Source: Eledone cirrhosa
Taxonomy: Eukaryota
NCBI GenBank assembly: GCA_964016885.1
Contig: OZ024765.1
Span: forward strand, 10,230,001-10,294,000
Direction of reading: 5' to 3'
Length of the DNA stretch: 64,000 bases
Shown one piece after another: positions 32,262 through 45,327 of this stretch (its first letter is position 1; each line of letters begins with the position of its first letter). The notes under the pieces are model-generated. The model was not told where the DNA came from, did not search any database, and worked only from the letters and a program-made list of their open reading frames with translations. The translations under genes and the position numbers were made by a program.

Positions 32262-34350
32262 GCTCATAGTGTCTTTACTGGTGGACAGATTGTTGTGAAT
32301 ATTTACAGTATTACAGTAAAGACTTTAATATCTAATGTGATGTAGTCATAGTGTTGTTTTGTACTAAATGTTTATAGTATCTTTACTGGTGGACAGATTG
32401 TTGTGAATATTTACAGTATTACAGTAAAGACTTTAATATCTAATGTGATGTAGTCATAGTGTTGTTTTGTACTAAATGTTTATAGTATCTCTACTGGTGG
32501 ACAGATTGTTGTGAATATTTACAGTATTACAGTAAAGACTTTAATATCTAATGTGATGTAGTCATAGTGTTGTTTTGTACTAAATGTTTATAGTATCTCT
32601 ACTGGTGGACAGATTGTTGTGAACATTTACAGTATTACAGTAAAGACTTTAATATCTAATGTGATGTAGTCATAGTGTTGTTTTGTACTAAATGTTTATA
32701 GTATCTCTACTGGTGGACAGATTGTTGTGAATATTTACAGTATTACAGTAAAGACTTTAATATCTAATGTGATGTAGTCATAGTGTTGTTTTGTACTAAA
32801 TGTTTATAGTATCTCTCCTGGTGGACAGATTGTTGTGAATATTTACAGTATTACAGTAAAGACTTTAATATCTAATGTGATGTAGTCATAGTGTTGTTTT
32901 GTACTAAATGTTTATAGTATCTTTACTGGTGGACAGATTGTTGTGAAAATTTACAGTATTACAGTAAAGACTTTAATATCTAATGTGATGTAGTCATAGT
33001 GTTGTTTTGTACTAAATGTTTATAGTATCTCTCCTGGTGGACAGATTGTTGTGAATATTTACAGTATTACAGTAAAGACTTTAATATCTAATGTGATGTA
33101 GTCATAGTGTTGTTTTGTACTAAATGTTTATAGTATCTTTACTGGTGGACAGATTGTTGTGAACATTTACAGTATTACAGTAAAGACTTTAATATCTAAT
33201 GTGATGTAGTCATAGTGTTGTTTTGTACTAAATGTTTATAGTATCTCTCCTGGTGGACAGATTGTTGTGAATATTTACAGTATTACAGTAAAGACTTTAA
33301 TATCTAATGTGATGTAGTCATAGTGTTGTTTTGTACTAAATGTTTATAGTATCTTTACTGGTGGACAGATTGTTACAGTAAAGACTTTAATATCTAATGT
33401 GATGTAGTCATAGTGTTGTTTTGTACTAAATGTTTATAGTATCTCTACTGGTGGACAGATTGTTGTGAAAATTTACAGTATTACAGTAAAAACTTTAATA
33501 TTTAATGTGATGTAGTTATAGTGTTGTTTTGTACTAAATGTTTATAGTATCTCTACTGATGGACAGATTGTTGTGAAAATTTACAGTATTACAGTAAAGA
33601 CTTTAATATTTAATGTGATGTAGTCATAGTGTTGTTTTGTACTAAATGTTTATAGTATCTCTACTGGTGGACAGATTGTTGTGAAAATTTACAGTTACAG
33701 TAAAGACTTTAATATTTAATGTGATGTAGTCATAGTGTTGTTTTGTACTAAATGTTTATAGTATCTTTACTAGTTGACAGATTGTTGTGAAAATTTACAG
33801 TATTACAGTAAAGACTTTAATATTTAATGTGATGTAGTCATAGTGTTGTTTTGTACTAAATGTTTATAATATCTTTACTAGTGGGCAGTTTATTACTTCA
33901 AATGTTTATAGTATCTTTACTAGTAGACAGACTGATGTGAGAATTTACAGTATTAGAGTAAATACTTTAATATTCTATGTGATGTAGTCATAATGTTGTT
34001 TTATACTAAATGTTTATAGTATCTTTACTAGTGGACAGATTGTTGTGAAAATTTATACTAAATGTTTATAGTATCTTTACTAGTGGACAGATTGTTGTGA
34101 AAATTTATAATAAATGTTTATCGTATCTTTACTCGTAGACAGATTATTGTGAAAATTTACAGTATTACAGTAAAGACTTAAATATTTAATGTGATGCAGT
34201 CATAGTGTTGTTTTGTACTTTTCAAGAATCCGATTTGTTAATTCAAATATTTATATCTCTACTAGTGGACAAATTCTTGCAAAATTTTGCAATATTTGAG
34301 TAAAGACTTTAATATATTATGTGATGCAGTCATAGTGTTATTTTGTACTT
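32262..34350. repeat. 108-bp intronic tandem repeat (roughly 18 copies, decaying 3')
   Basis: gtggacagattgttgtga recurs at 32281, 32389, 32497 and onward. Confidence 0.95.
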
Positions 34351-35615
34351 TTTAAGAATGTCTTTCTTATGAGGTTTGTTAATTTAAATGTTTATAGTAT
34401 ATTTTACTAGTGGACAAATTGTGAGATTTTGCGGTATTAGAATAAATAGACTTTAATTTTCTATAAGAACCATTTGCTACAAATAAAATCTTAGTAACGA
34501 AATAATTAATGATTTTTAAAATAAATCCTCAAAATTATTCATTATTTAATTGGAGTAATGTGTAATATTTGTAATAGAAGGGTTTTAACCTTTAGCATGC
34601 TCTAGGTGCATTATGTCACCAATAGAGCAATCTTTCCTTAATATATAATGCAGTGTCAAGGGAAGAAATCTATATATAAATTTCTGCAATTCTGTCACAA
34701 CATGTAAAGAGAGAGGGGTAGTTTGACTACCTCATACTGCTCCTCTCTCTTTATGTCTGCTGCTTGCGTGAATGTATGTGTGTGTAAAAGGAAGGAAGGG
34801 GATGGTGAAAAACTATAGCAAATAGCGGCTGGAATTCCATTTGTTATGCTGTGTATGTGTGTGTGTTTGTGTGAATGTATGTATGTTTGTGTGAACGTAT
34901 GTCTGTGTTTGTGCGAATGTATGTGTGTTTGTGTGAATGTATGTATGTTTGTGTGAATGTATGTGTGTGTTTGTGTGAATGTATGTATGTTTGTGTGAAT
35001 GTATGTGTGTGTTTGTGTGAATGTATGTATGTTTGTGTGAATGTATGTGTGTGTTTGTGTGAATGTATGTATTTTTGTGTGAATGTATGTGTGTGTTTGT
35101 GTGAATGTATGTCTGTGTTTGTGTGAATGTATGTCTGTGTTTGTGTGAATGTATGTCTGTGTTTGTGTGAATGTATGTGTGTGTTTTTGTGAATGTATGT
35201 GTGTTTGTGTGAATGTATGTGTGTGTTTTTGTGAATGTATGTGTGTTTGTGTGAATGTATGTCTGAGTGCGTATTTTAGTAAGTGTGTCAGTGTTTGCAC
35301 GTTTATATTTATATACTCATACATATAAATGTATGTATATGCACATACACACACTCACACACATATACAGCGTGTTGAAAAAAATCCTAGTTCATAAAAA
35401 TTTCTAGCGTGCTGAAGGTTAATTAAAATCTTCCAACAAAATATGTTAATAATGATTTTAAAAACTCCTCCAAAATCTTCATTAATAAATTGAAATACAG
35501 TATATTTTATTATAAATATGGTAATGCAAGTGTTAAAATCCTGGGCAACACCAGGTAGATCTACAAGTTAATAATATTATCGTATTTCAATGTCTGCATA
35601 TTTCTCATCCAACAG

Positions 35616-35911
35616 ACAGAAGCTGGAGCGATTGTCGATATTCTCCCATAATACCACACCATTGCCCCCTGCCCCAACCAAGCCCTTCCGTGACCTCTTT
35701 GTATCATCATCATAATCCTTTTCCCTTCAGTTCCTCTCTACACTCCCACTACTTACTCTTCCTCCCTCCAACCTTCTCTCTCAAGCATCGGAAGGCATAT
35801 GGCCTAGTGGTTAAGGTGTTGGGACTCACTGTTATAAAGATGTGGGTTCGATTCCCAGACTGGGAGCCTCCTATCGCTGAAAAACCTGAGAAGAAAAACC
35901 TCCTCATATGA
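35616..35911 (+). CDS. Candidate terminal coding exon 9 (acceptor and stop uncertain)
   Basis: tttctcatccaacag| acceptor; phase-1 reading NRSWSDCRYSPII... stays open to TGA 35911. The alternative AG at 35619 gives KAGAIVDILP* instead. Confidence 0.4.
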
Positions 35912-37074
35912 GGAGATCTCTTAGGAAGCCAGCGACACATACACAGGTGTGAACTGTGACAACATAAGATACAAACTTTAACCCTTTACCATTTACATTA
36001 TTGTATATATACTATTATATTTTCACTGTAAAGGCTTTACCTCACATAATATCTCACTCAATATCCAATCTATGAGATTTTGATATTATTTATTTTGAGA
36101 GTAATACCTTAAAATCAGTATAAACGGCCAGTTACAGCCAGTTTGAACAGAAAGAGGTGAGAGAATTCTGGCCGGTTATGGCGGTTTAAATGCTTAAGGG
36201 TTAAACAACCCCAAAAAGTCTATGAGATGCAATCTTGTAGGGGGTCAACTAAACCTACCGTGAGTTGTAATAATAACATATGACAGAGGGTTCCTTGCAT
36301 TAAAACCCTCATGTGTCCTCCTATGAAATACAACATTGTATGAAGCCTGTTAAACCTACACAGGTGTTAGTTGTAAGAACATGGTAGTTTAGGGCCCTTA
36401 TCATTAAAACACTTCAGAAACCCCCTATGAGATACCGCCTCGTAAGAGGCTAGCTAAACCTACATTATAGGGGCTGTAACATAATAATACAGGGGCCCCT
36501 ATCATTAAAATACCTGGGGAATATCCTGATATACAACCTCATAGGAGGCCAGCTAAACCTGATATTACAGAGATCCCTATCATTAAGAGACCTGGGAAAT
36601 ATCCTATGATTTACAACCTCTTAGGAGGCCAGCTAAACCTGCATCGTTAGGGTCTGTAACATGATAGTGCAAGGGGCCCTATCATTAAAGCACCTGGGAA
36701 ATCTATGATTTGTACATTATTCTAAGTACTATACATGCGCCTTTGATGAATTGTAGTGCACCTGAGCGCTGTACACAATATTTTTAATTATTAATATTTT
36801 ATTTTTATTTTCAACAGTCCTTTGGAAAAAGTATCTGCCGTACATCTATTTCTAAGCTACAGCAACGACGATGACAAAGTATCTTTGAAGCCATATAAGG
36901 GAAGAATTGTAACAACAACAACAACAACAACAAAAGATCTTTGCTGCCAGATAAGGGAAATCTAAAGTGGAGAATGAAAGCTATCAGTAGATGTAATGGA
37001 CATTTACAACAATAAAATATTTAACAGTCTTCCACCCTTTGGCTTATTATTTACCCCATCCTCCCATTTCTGTT

Positions 37075-37530
37075 CACTGTAAAGAGGTCGTGTAGGAGAC
37101 ACAGTAAAAAGGCTCCCAGTCCACACTGTAAAGAGCTCGTATAGGAGACACCGTAAAACGGCTCCCAGTCCACACTGTAAAGAGGTCGTGTAGGAGACAC
37201 AGTAAAAAGGCTCCCAGTCCACACTGTAAAGAGGTCGTGTAGGTGACACAGTAAAAAGGCTCCCAGTCCACACTGTAAAGTGGTTGTGTAGGAGACACGG
37301 TAAAAAGGCTCCCAGTCCACACTGTAAAGAGGTCGTGTAGGAGACACAGTAAAAAGGCTCCCAGTCCACACTGTAAGGTGGTCGTGTAGGAGACACAGTA
37401 AAAAGGCTCCCAGTCCACACTGTAAAGAGGTCATGTAGGAGACACAGTAAAAAGGCTCCCAGTCCACACTGTAAAGAGGTCGTATAGGAGACACAGTAAA
37501 AAGGCTCCCAGTCCACACTGTAAAGTGGTT
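37075..37530. repeat. 49-bp tandem array (~9 copies) inside SINE
   Basis: Unit cactgtaaagaggtcgtgtaggagacacagtaaaaaggctcccagtcca. Confidence 0.92.
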
Positions 37531-38055
37531 GGTGTTAGGAAGGGCATCCAGCTGTAAAACAACCTGCCAGAGACACTTCCGTACGAGCGAGACACGGTCT
37601 CCCAACCATTCCCGCATCAAATGGAACAAAACCGTCTAACCCATGCTAGCGTGGGAGATGGACATTAAACGAAGATGATGATGATGATGATGATGATGAT
37701 GGCATGCTGAAGGGCAGAGCATCAGACACTATGTTTTTCAGCATAGAGTTAGGGCCCTTTACGTTCTAAGTTCAAATCCCACCGAGGTTAGTATTGCCTT
37801 TCATCCTTACGGGGGTCGATAAAATAAAGTACCAGTAATGCACTGGATCGATTTAATCGACTTTCCCTTCCCCTTCAAAATTGCTGGCCTTGTGCCTAAA
37901 GTAGAAATCATTATGTACATGCAAATGAAAAAGCACGACACTATTCACCTAGTCCACTCTATTAGATGGTTGTTTTGTTGTCATGATAAAAATCACCCAG
38001 TACACCCTGAAAGATGGTCGTTTTTGTGCCCCAATAAAAATCACCCAGTACACCC

Positions 38056-38790
38056 AGTAGCTAGAGTCAGAACTGGATGGAAAAAGTTCAGAGAGCTTAT
38101 ACCACTATTAGCCGCTAAAGGGTTCTCCGTAAAAATGAAAGGCAGCCTGTATGATGCCTGCATACGAACAGCAATGTTGCATGGCAGTGAGACCTGGGCA
38201 TTGTGTGCAGAGGATATACGCAGACTGGAGAGGAACGAAGCTTGTATGTTCCGCTGGATGTTTAATAGTAATATACGTGAACGGCAAAGCATAAACAAAC
38301 TAAGAGAAAAATTAGAAATAAGAGGGATCAGATGTTGTTTACTCGAGAGAAGGCTACGTTGGTATGGTCACGTGATGCGCATGAAAGACGACAGCTGTAT
38401 AAAAAAGTGCAGGGCAATAAAAATAGACAGTAGCCACGGAGTAGGCAGACCCAGAAAAACCTGGGACGACTTGATAAATTCCGACCTCACACACTTACAC
38501 CTCTCCAAGACAATGTCACTGGACCGAGAGCTTTGGCGCTACACAGTAATAGAGAAGACCCGCCTTACCTAAGTACAAAGTGAAACCTACTACAGCCAGT
38601 AGGCACCTCTAACAAAATACACAGAGGTGCAACTGGGTAAGGTCGGCCCCTATCACCTCATCCCAGGTCTTCTTGGGTCTCCCCACTCTGCGGCTTCCAT
38701 TGACTTCTAGTGCTCTGCACCTTTTTATGCAGCTGTCATCCTTCATACGCATCACATGTCCATACCAACGCATCCGCCTCTCCTGCACAA
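38056..38790 (+). mobile_element. RTE-clade LINE 3' fragment (38056-38620) plus inverted RTE piece (38640-38790)
   Basis: [48 protein letters not shown]. Confidence 0.9.
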
Positions 38791-39476
38791 AACAAAAGGT
38801 GAAATAAGCAGCCTACCAGATAACTGTTCTCAACCTAGTTGGTGGAGTTATGTAACATAAGTATCTGGATGTTCAATCATCGAATATGGTACAAGGTTTG
38901 AAGTATTCATGGAGTTATTTGGTGTAGAGTCTTAGAAAAATCTAGGCGAGAAGAGAGAAGAGATTTGAAGAAATATTTATTACATTATATTACTAATACA
39001 TGTTTCATCATTGTTATGCAATTATATGTGTGCATCCCGGGCTCAATCGGGGATAACCACAGTAAGTAAGGTACTCAGTACATAGCAGAGTTTAAATATT
39101 TAATATAGAAATGGCTTCTACAGGACTAGAACTGTTTCATGATGATTTCCTTCGAATGAAACATTTCTAGTCTTATAGAAGGAAATTATTGGTTGTGATA
39201 AGGACTGGCTGAGTTAACTTCCTTGAATTAATTATCTTAATTATTTTATTAATTAGTGTCATATATTGATTAGAGATGGGTAACATTGTAGAAAAACATA
39301 CCTACAAACCAATTGTTCATCATCATCACCATCATTTAACGTCCATTTTTCCACGCTAGCATGGGTAAGCCAGATCAGATGACCGAGTTTTGCTCACACA
39401 GAACTGTTTCTAGCTTGGTTTCTATGGCTGGATGTCTTTCCTAACGCCAAACACATTTACATTGTGTACTGGGTGT

Positions 39477-42400
39477 GACCACTTTACAGGGTGGACTGGG
39501 TGCTTTTTGTCGTGACACCTACATGACCACTTTACAGTGTGGACTGGGTGCTTTTTGTCCTGACACCTACATGACCACTTTACAGGGTGGACTGGGTGCT
39601 TTTTGTTGTGACACCTACATGACCACTTTACAGTGTGGACTGGGTGCTTTTTGTCGTGACACCTACATGACCACTTTACAGGGTGGACTGGGTGCTTTTT
39701 GTCCTGACACCTACATGACCACTTTACAGGGTGGACTGGGTGCTTTTTGTTGTGACACCTACATGACCACTTTACAGTGTGGACTGGGTGCTTTTTGTCG
39801 TGACACCTACATGACCACTTTACAGTGTGGACTGGGTGCTTTTTGTTGTGACACCTACATGACCACTTTACAGTGTGTACTGGGTGCTTTTTGTCATGAC
39901 ACCTACATGACCACTTTACAGGGTGGACTGGGTGCTTTTTGTCCTGACACCTACATGACCACTTTACAGTGTGTACTGGGTGCTTTTTGTTGTGACACCT
40001 ACATGACCACTTTACAGTGTGTACTGGGTGCTTTTTGTCCTGACACCTACATGACCACTTTACAGTGTGGACTGGGTGCTTTTTGTCCTGACACCTACAT
40101 GACCACTTTACAGTGTGGACTGGGTGCTTTTTGTTGTGACACCTACATGACCACTTTACAGTGTGGACTGGGTGCTTTTTGTTGTGACACCTACATGACC
40201 ACTTTACAGTGTGTACTGGGTGCTTTTTGTCCTGACACCTACATGACCACTTTACAGTGTGGACTGGGTGCTTTTTGTCCTGACACCTACATGACCACTT
40301 TACAGTGTGGACTGGGTGCTTTTTGTTGTGACACCTACATGACCACTTTACAGTGTGGACTGGGTGCTTTTTGTCCTGACACCTACATGACCACTTTACA
40401 GTGTGGACTGGGTGCTTTTTGTTGTGACACCTACATGACCACTTTACAGTGTGGACTGGGTGCTTTTTGTCCTGACACCTACATGACCACTTTACAGTGT
40501 GGACTGGGTGCTTTTTGTCCTGACACCTACATGACCACTTTACAGTGTGGACTGGGTACTTTTTGTTGTGACACCTACATGACCACTTTACAGTGTGTAC
40601 TGGGTACTTTTTGTTGTGATACCTACATGACCACTTTACATTGTGTACTGGGTACTTTTTGTCGTGACACCTACACGACCACTTTACAGTGTGGACTGGG
40701 TGCTTTTTGTTGTGACACCTACATGACCACTTTACAGTGTGTACTGGGTGCTTTTTGTCCTGACACCTACATGACCACTTTACAGTGTGGACTGGGTGCT
40801 TTTTGTCCTGACACCTACATGACCACTTTACAGTGTGGACTGGGTGCTTTTTGTTGTGACACCTACATGACCACTTTACAGTGTGGACTGGGTGCTTTTT
40901 GTTGTGACACCTACATGACCACTTTACAGTGTGTACTGGGTGCTTTTTGTCCTGACACCTACATGACCACTTTACAGTGTGGACTGGGTGCTTTTTGTCC
41001 TGACACCTACATGACCACTTTACAGTGTGGACTGGGTGCTTTTTGTTGTGACACCTACATGACCACTTTACAGTGTGGACTGGGTGCTTTTTGTCCTGAC
41101 ACCTACATGACCACTTTACAGTGTGGACTGGGTGCTTTTTGTTGTGACACCTACATGACCACTTTACAGTGTGGACTGGGTGCTTTTTGTCCTGACACCT
41201 ACATGACCACTTTACAGTGTGGACTGGGTGCTTTTTGTTGTGACACCTACATGACCACTTTACAGTGTGTACTGGGTGCTTTTTGTCATGACACCTACAT
41301 GACCACTTTACAGGGTGGACTGGGTGCTTTTTGTCCTGACACCTACATGACCACTTTACAGTGTGTACTGGGTGCTTTTTGTTGTGACACCTACATGACC
41401 ACTTTACAGTGTGTACTGGGTGCTTTTTGTCCTGACACCTACATGACCACTTTACAGTGTGGACTGGGTGCTTTTTGTCCTGACACCTACATGACCACTT
41501 TACAGTGTGGACTGGGTGCTTTTTGTTGTGACACCTACATGACCACTTTACAGTGTGGACTGGGTGCTTTTTGTTGTGACACCTACATGACCACTTTACA
41601 GTGTGTACTGGGTGCTTTTTGTCCTGACACCTACATGACCACTTTACAGTGTGGACTGGGTGCTTTTTGTCCTGACACCTACATGACCACTTTACAGTGT
41701 GGACTGGGTGCTTTTTGTTGTGACACCTACATGACCACTTTACAGTGTGGACTGGGTGCTTTTTGTCCTGACACCTACATGACCACTTTACAGTGTGGAC
41801 TGGGTGCTTTTTGTTGTGACACCTACATGACCACTTTACAGTGTGGACTGGGTGCTTTTTGTCCTGACACCTACATGACCACTTTACAGTGTGGACTGGG
41901 TGCTTTTTGTCCTGACACCTACATGACCACTTTACAGTGTGGACTGGGTACTTTTTGTTGTGACACCTACATGACCACTTTACAGTGTGTACTGGGTACT
42001 TTTTGTTGTGATACCTACATGACCACTTTACATTGTGTACTGGGTACTTTTTGTCGTGACACCTACACGACCACTTTACAGTGTGGACTGGGTGCTTTTT
42101 GTTGTGACACCTACATGACCACTTTACAGTGTGGACTGGGTACTTTTTGTTGTGACACCTACATGACCACTTTACAGGGTGGACTGGGTGCTTTTTGTCG
42201 TGACACCTACATGACCACTTTACAGTGTGGACTGGGTGCTTTTTGTCCTGACACCTACATGACCACTTTACAGGGTGGACTGGGTGCTTTTTGTCGTGAC
42301 ACCTACATGACCACTTTACAGGGTGGACTGGGTGCTTTTTGTCGTGACACCTACATGACCACTTTACAGTGTGGACTGGGTGCTTTTTGTCGTGACACCT

Positions 42401-43255
42401 ACATGACCACTTTACAGTGTGGACTTGGTGCTTTTTGTCCTGACACCTACACGACCACTTTACAGTGTGGACTGGGTGCTTTTTGTCGTGACACCTACAC
42501 GACCACTTTACAGTGTGGACTGGGTGCTTTTTGTCGTGACACCTACATGACCACTTTACAGTGTGGACTGGGTGCTTTTTGTCCTGACACCTACATGACC
42601 ACTTTACAGTGTGGGCTGGGTGCTTTTTGTCGTGACACCTACATGACCACTTTACAGTGTGGACTGGGTGCTTTTTGTCCTGACACCTACATGACCACAT
42701 TACAGTGTGGACTGGGTGCTTTTTGTCGTGACACTTACATGACCACTTTACATTGTGTACTGGGTGCTTTTTGTCGTGACACCTACATGACCACTTTACA
42801 TTGTACTGGGTGCTTTTTGTCGTGACACCTACATGACCACTTTACAGTGTGGACTGGGTGCTTTTTGCCGTGAGACCTACACGACCACTTTACAGTGTGG
42901 ACTGGGTGCTTTTTGTCGTGACACCTACACGACCACTTTACAGTGTGGGCTGGGTGCTTTTTGTCGTGACACCTACACGACCACTTTACAGTGTGGACTG
43001 GGTGCTTTTTGCCGTGACACCTACATGACCACTTTACAGTGTGGACTGGGTGCTTTTTGCCGTGACACCTACATGACCACTTTACAGTGTGGGCTGGGTG
43101 CTTTTTGCCGTGACACCTACACGACCACTTTACAGTGTGGGCTGGGTGCTTTTTGCTGTGACACCTACACGACCACTTTACAGTGTGGGCTGGGTGCTTT
43201 TTGCTGTGACACCTACACGACCACTTTACAGTGTGGGCTGGGTGCTTTTTGCCGT
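39477..43255. repeat. 48-bp satellite (~79 copies) expanded inside a SINE tail
   Basis: Unit gaccactttacagtgtggactgggtgctttttgtcgtgacacctacat; preceded by the SINE tail at 39318-39470. Confidence 0.95.
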
Positions 43256-44095
43256 AACTCTTAGGTGATATGAGATCAGGCTCTCACTACTTCCATCCAG
43301 GTCTTCTTTGGTTATCCTCTACTATGTATTCCCTCCACTGGGATTTCTGGGCACCTATTCACCCAGTGATCATCATCCATGCACTTCAGATGTCTTTATC
43401 AACACAGTTCTTCTCTTCCATATATATATATATATATATAATTCAAATGTTTAAAAAATATATGTATATAGTCATATATCATTAGAGAAACACATAGTAT
43501 TTTGTATATATGTATGGAGGCACATGGCTTAGTGGTTAGAGCATTGGCCTTGCAATCGAAAGGTTGTGAGTTCAATTCTCAGACCGGGTGATGTGTTGTT
43601 TCCTTGAGCAAGACACTTTATTTCACATTGCTCCAGTTTACTCAGCTGTAGAAATGAGATGATAGGGACTGGGGTCCCTATCATTCCACTGCAAAGTGGT
43701 CGTGGAGGTGCCACGGCAAAAAATCACCCAGCCCCACACTGTAAATGAGGTTGGTGTTAGGAAGGGCATCCAGCTGTAGAAATCAAGCCAGAATCAGTTC
43801 CTGTCCCACCCTTGCAAGCAGGGAAAAGCGGACTTAAAATGATGATGATGATGATGATGATATATATATATAAAGCATATAATATTTAGGAAACACTATA
43901 TACTTAAGGCAGAAAAGTCATATTCATCAGAGTTTCAGAAACATTTTTTCATGCTCAGAGTTGCTGAAGCGTGCAACACACTACCTGCATCAGTTGTTAC
44001 ACTGTTTGTACATTATTCTATGTACTATACATGCACCTTTGATGAGTTGTGGTGCACCTGAGCACTGTACACAATAATTTTCATTAGTCTATATA

Positions 44096-44195
44096 CAGGG
44101 TGTCCCCAAAAATGTATACACACTTCAACAGCATTCTAATAAATATTGCCTGTACAGGTTATCGAAGTGTGTATGCATTTTTGGGTGACACCCTG
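44096..44195. mobile_element. Tc1/mariner-type MITE
   Basis: TA-CAGGGTGTCCCCAAAAATGTATACACACTTC ... GAAGTGTGTATGCATTTTTGGGTGACACCCTG-TA. Confidence 0.8.
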
Positions 44196-44269
44196 TATGT
44201 ATATATTTCCATTATCCATTTCATGTGGTCCATCTTCTCTGTAGGGTGTTACTCATCAAACCATCATCT

Positions 44270-44640
44270 CTGCATTCGCCTAACAGAGGTAACTGGCGAA
44301 CCTCGCGAGGGCGCTTGGTTGTTCCAACACATCAGCCTCGCCATCACTCGGGGCAATGCTGCAAGTGTGCTGGCTCGCCTCAAAAATCATTAGAGAGGTT
44401 GCCCAGTACTCCTCGCTGCTATCTTTTGCTCTGGTGGTGGCTCCGTTGTCCACCCCTTCCTTTATATTTTCTTTAATATTGCAACATTAAAGGAATATAT
44501 CCTTCTGAAAGAATCACGAGCAATTTATAATGTTATCTAAGCATTTGTAATGTTATTTATGTATATATTTAAAACATATTTGTTATGTCATTGTACTGTA
44601 AATTTATTTATATACTTTGTAAAATAAAAATTTAAAAACA
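44270..44640 (+). mobile_element. CRE-clade (RLE) non-LTR retrotransposon 3' end
   Basis: RLTEVTGEPREGAWLFQHISLAITRGNAASVL matches the CRE C-terminal FQRLSxAIQRGNA motif; AATAAA and A-rich end. Confidence 0.7.
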
Positions 44641-45327
44641 AAATAAAGACAAAAATAAACTCCGTTTCCATTTGCAGATAAAAAATACATACATAAATTT
44701 ATGTAACACGTCTGGGATCTTGTCAACCGATATGCCTAAATTACGAATCTTTATTCTAAAAATACTTTCAATTAATTGTGATAGGAAGGGTCATGGTGTC
44801 CTAATGAGAAAAATAGTAAAAATACACTCACTGTTTGGTTTCGTTTTCGCTTCCGTTTCAGTATATTTTTTATATATTTCTATAAATAATTTAGCTGCCA
44901 ATAAATATTTATCGCTGATTGACCAACAGTTAAAAATAAATATATATTTCTCAGAGTTCTTTCGTCCCATATTTTCCTGTGATATCTTCATGATCTACCC
45001 CCAAATATAACAATATCAGTGTCAACACACGATTTCATATCAAAAACCTTGCAAAATAACTACATCGTCGCCACTTTAAGTAATATATAAACTTACGTTG
45101 TAAAGGTTTCTGTTACGAGAAACACGACACATGGACGGGTTGTCAAAATAATTATTTATTTTTATTTCGAACAAATTATACGTGAAATATAATTTATTTA
45201 TATTTATTTCACAGCTACACAATAAATAGTTCAGATTTCAGTCTCCGCCAGGAATTGTTTGAGATACAAAATAATATTAATACCCGGGTCTATTAAATAA
45301 AGTACCAGTCAAGTACTGAGGTCAATC

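Noticed and set aside
39477-43255. CRISPR-like regular array
   Set aside because: No unique spacers; head-to-tail monomers; eukaryotic context
39422-43264. 1092-aa and 1116-aa Cys-rich repeat ORFs
   Set aside because: 48-bp SINE-derived satellite (multiple of 3, stop-free on both strands); no unique termini or splice context
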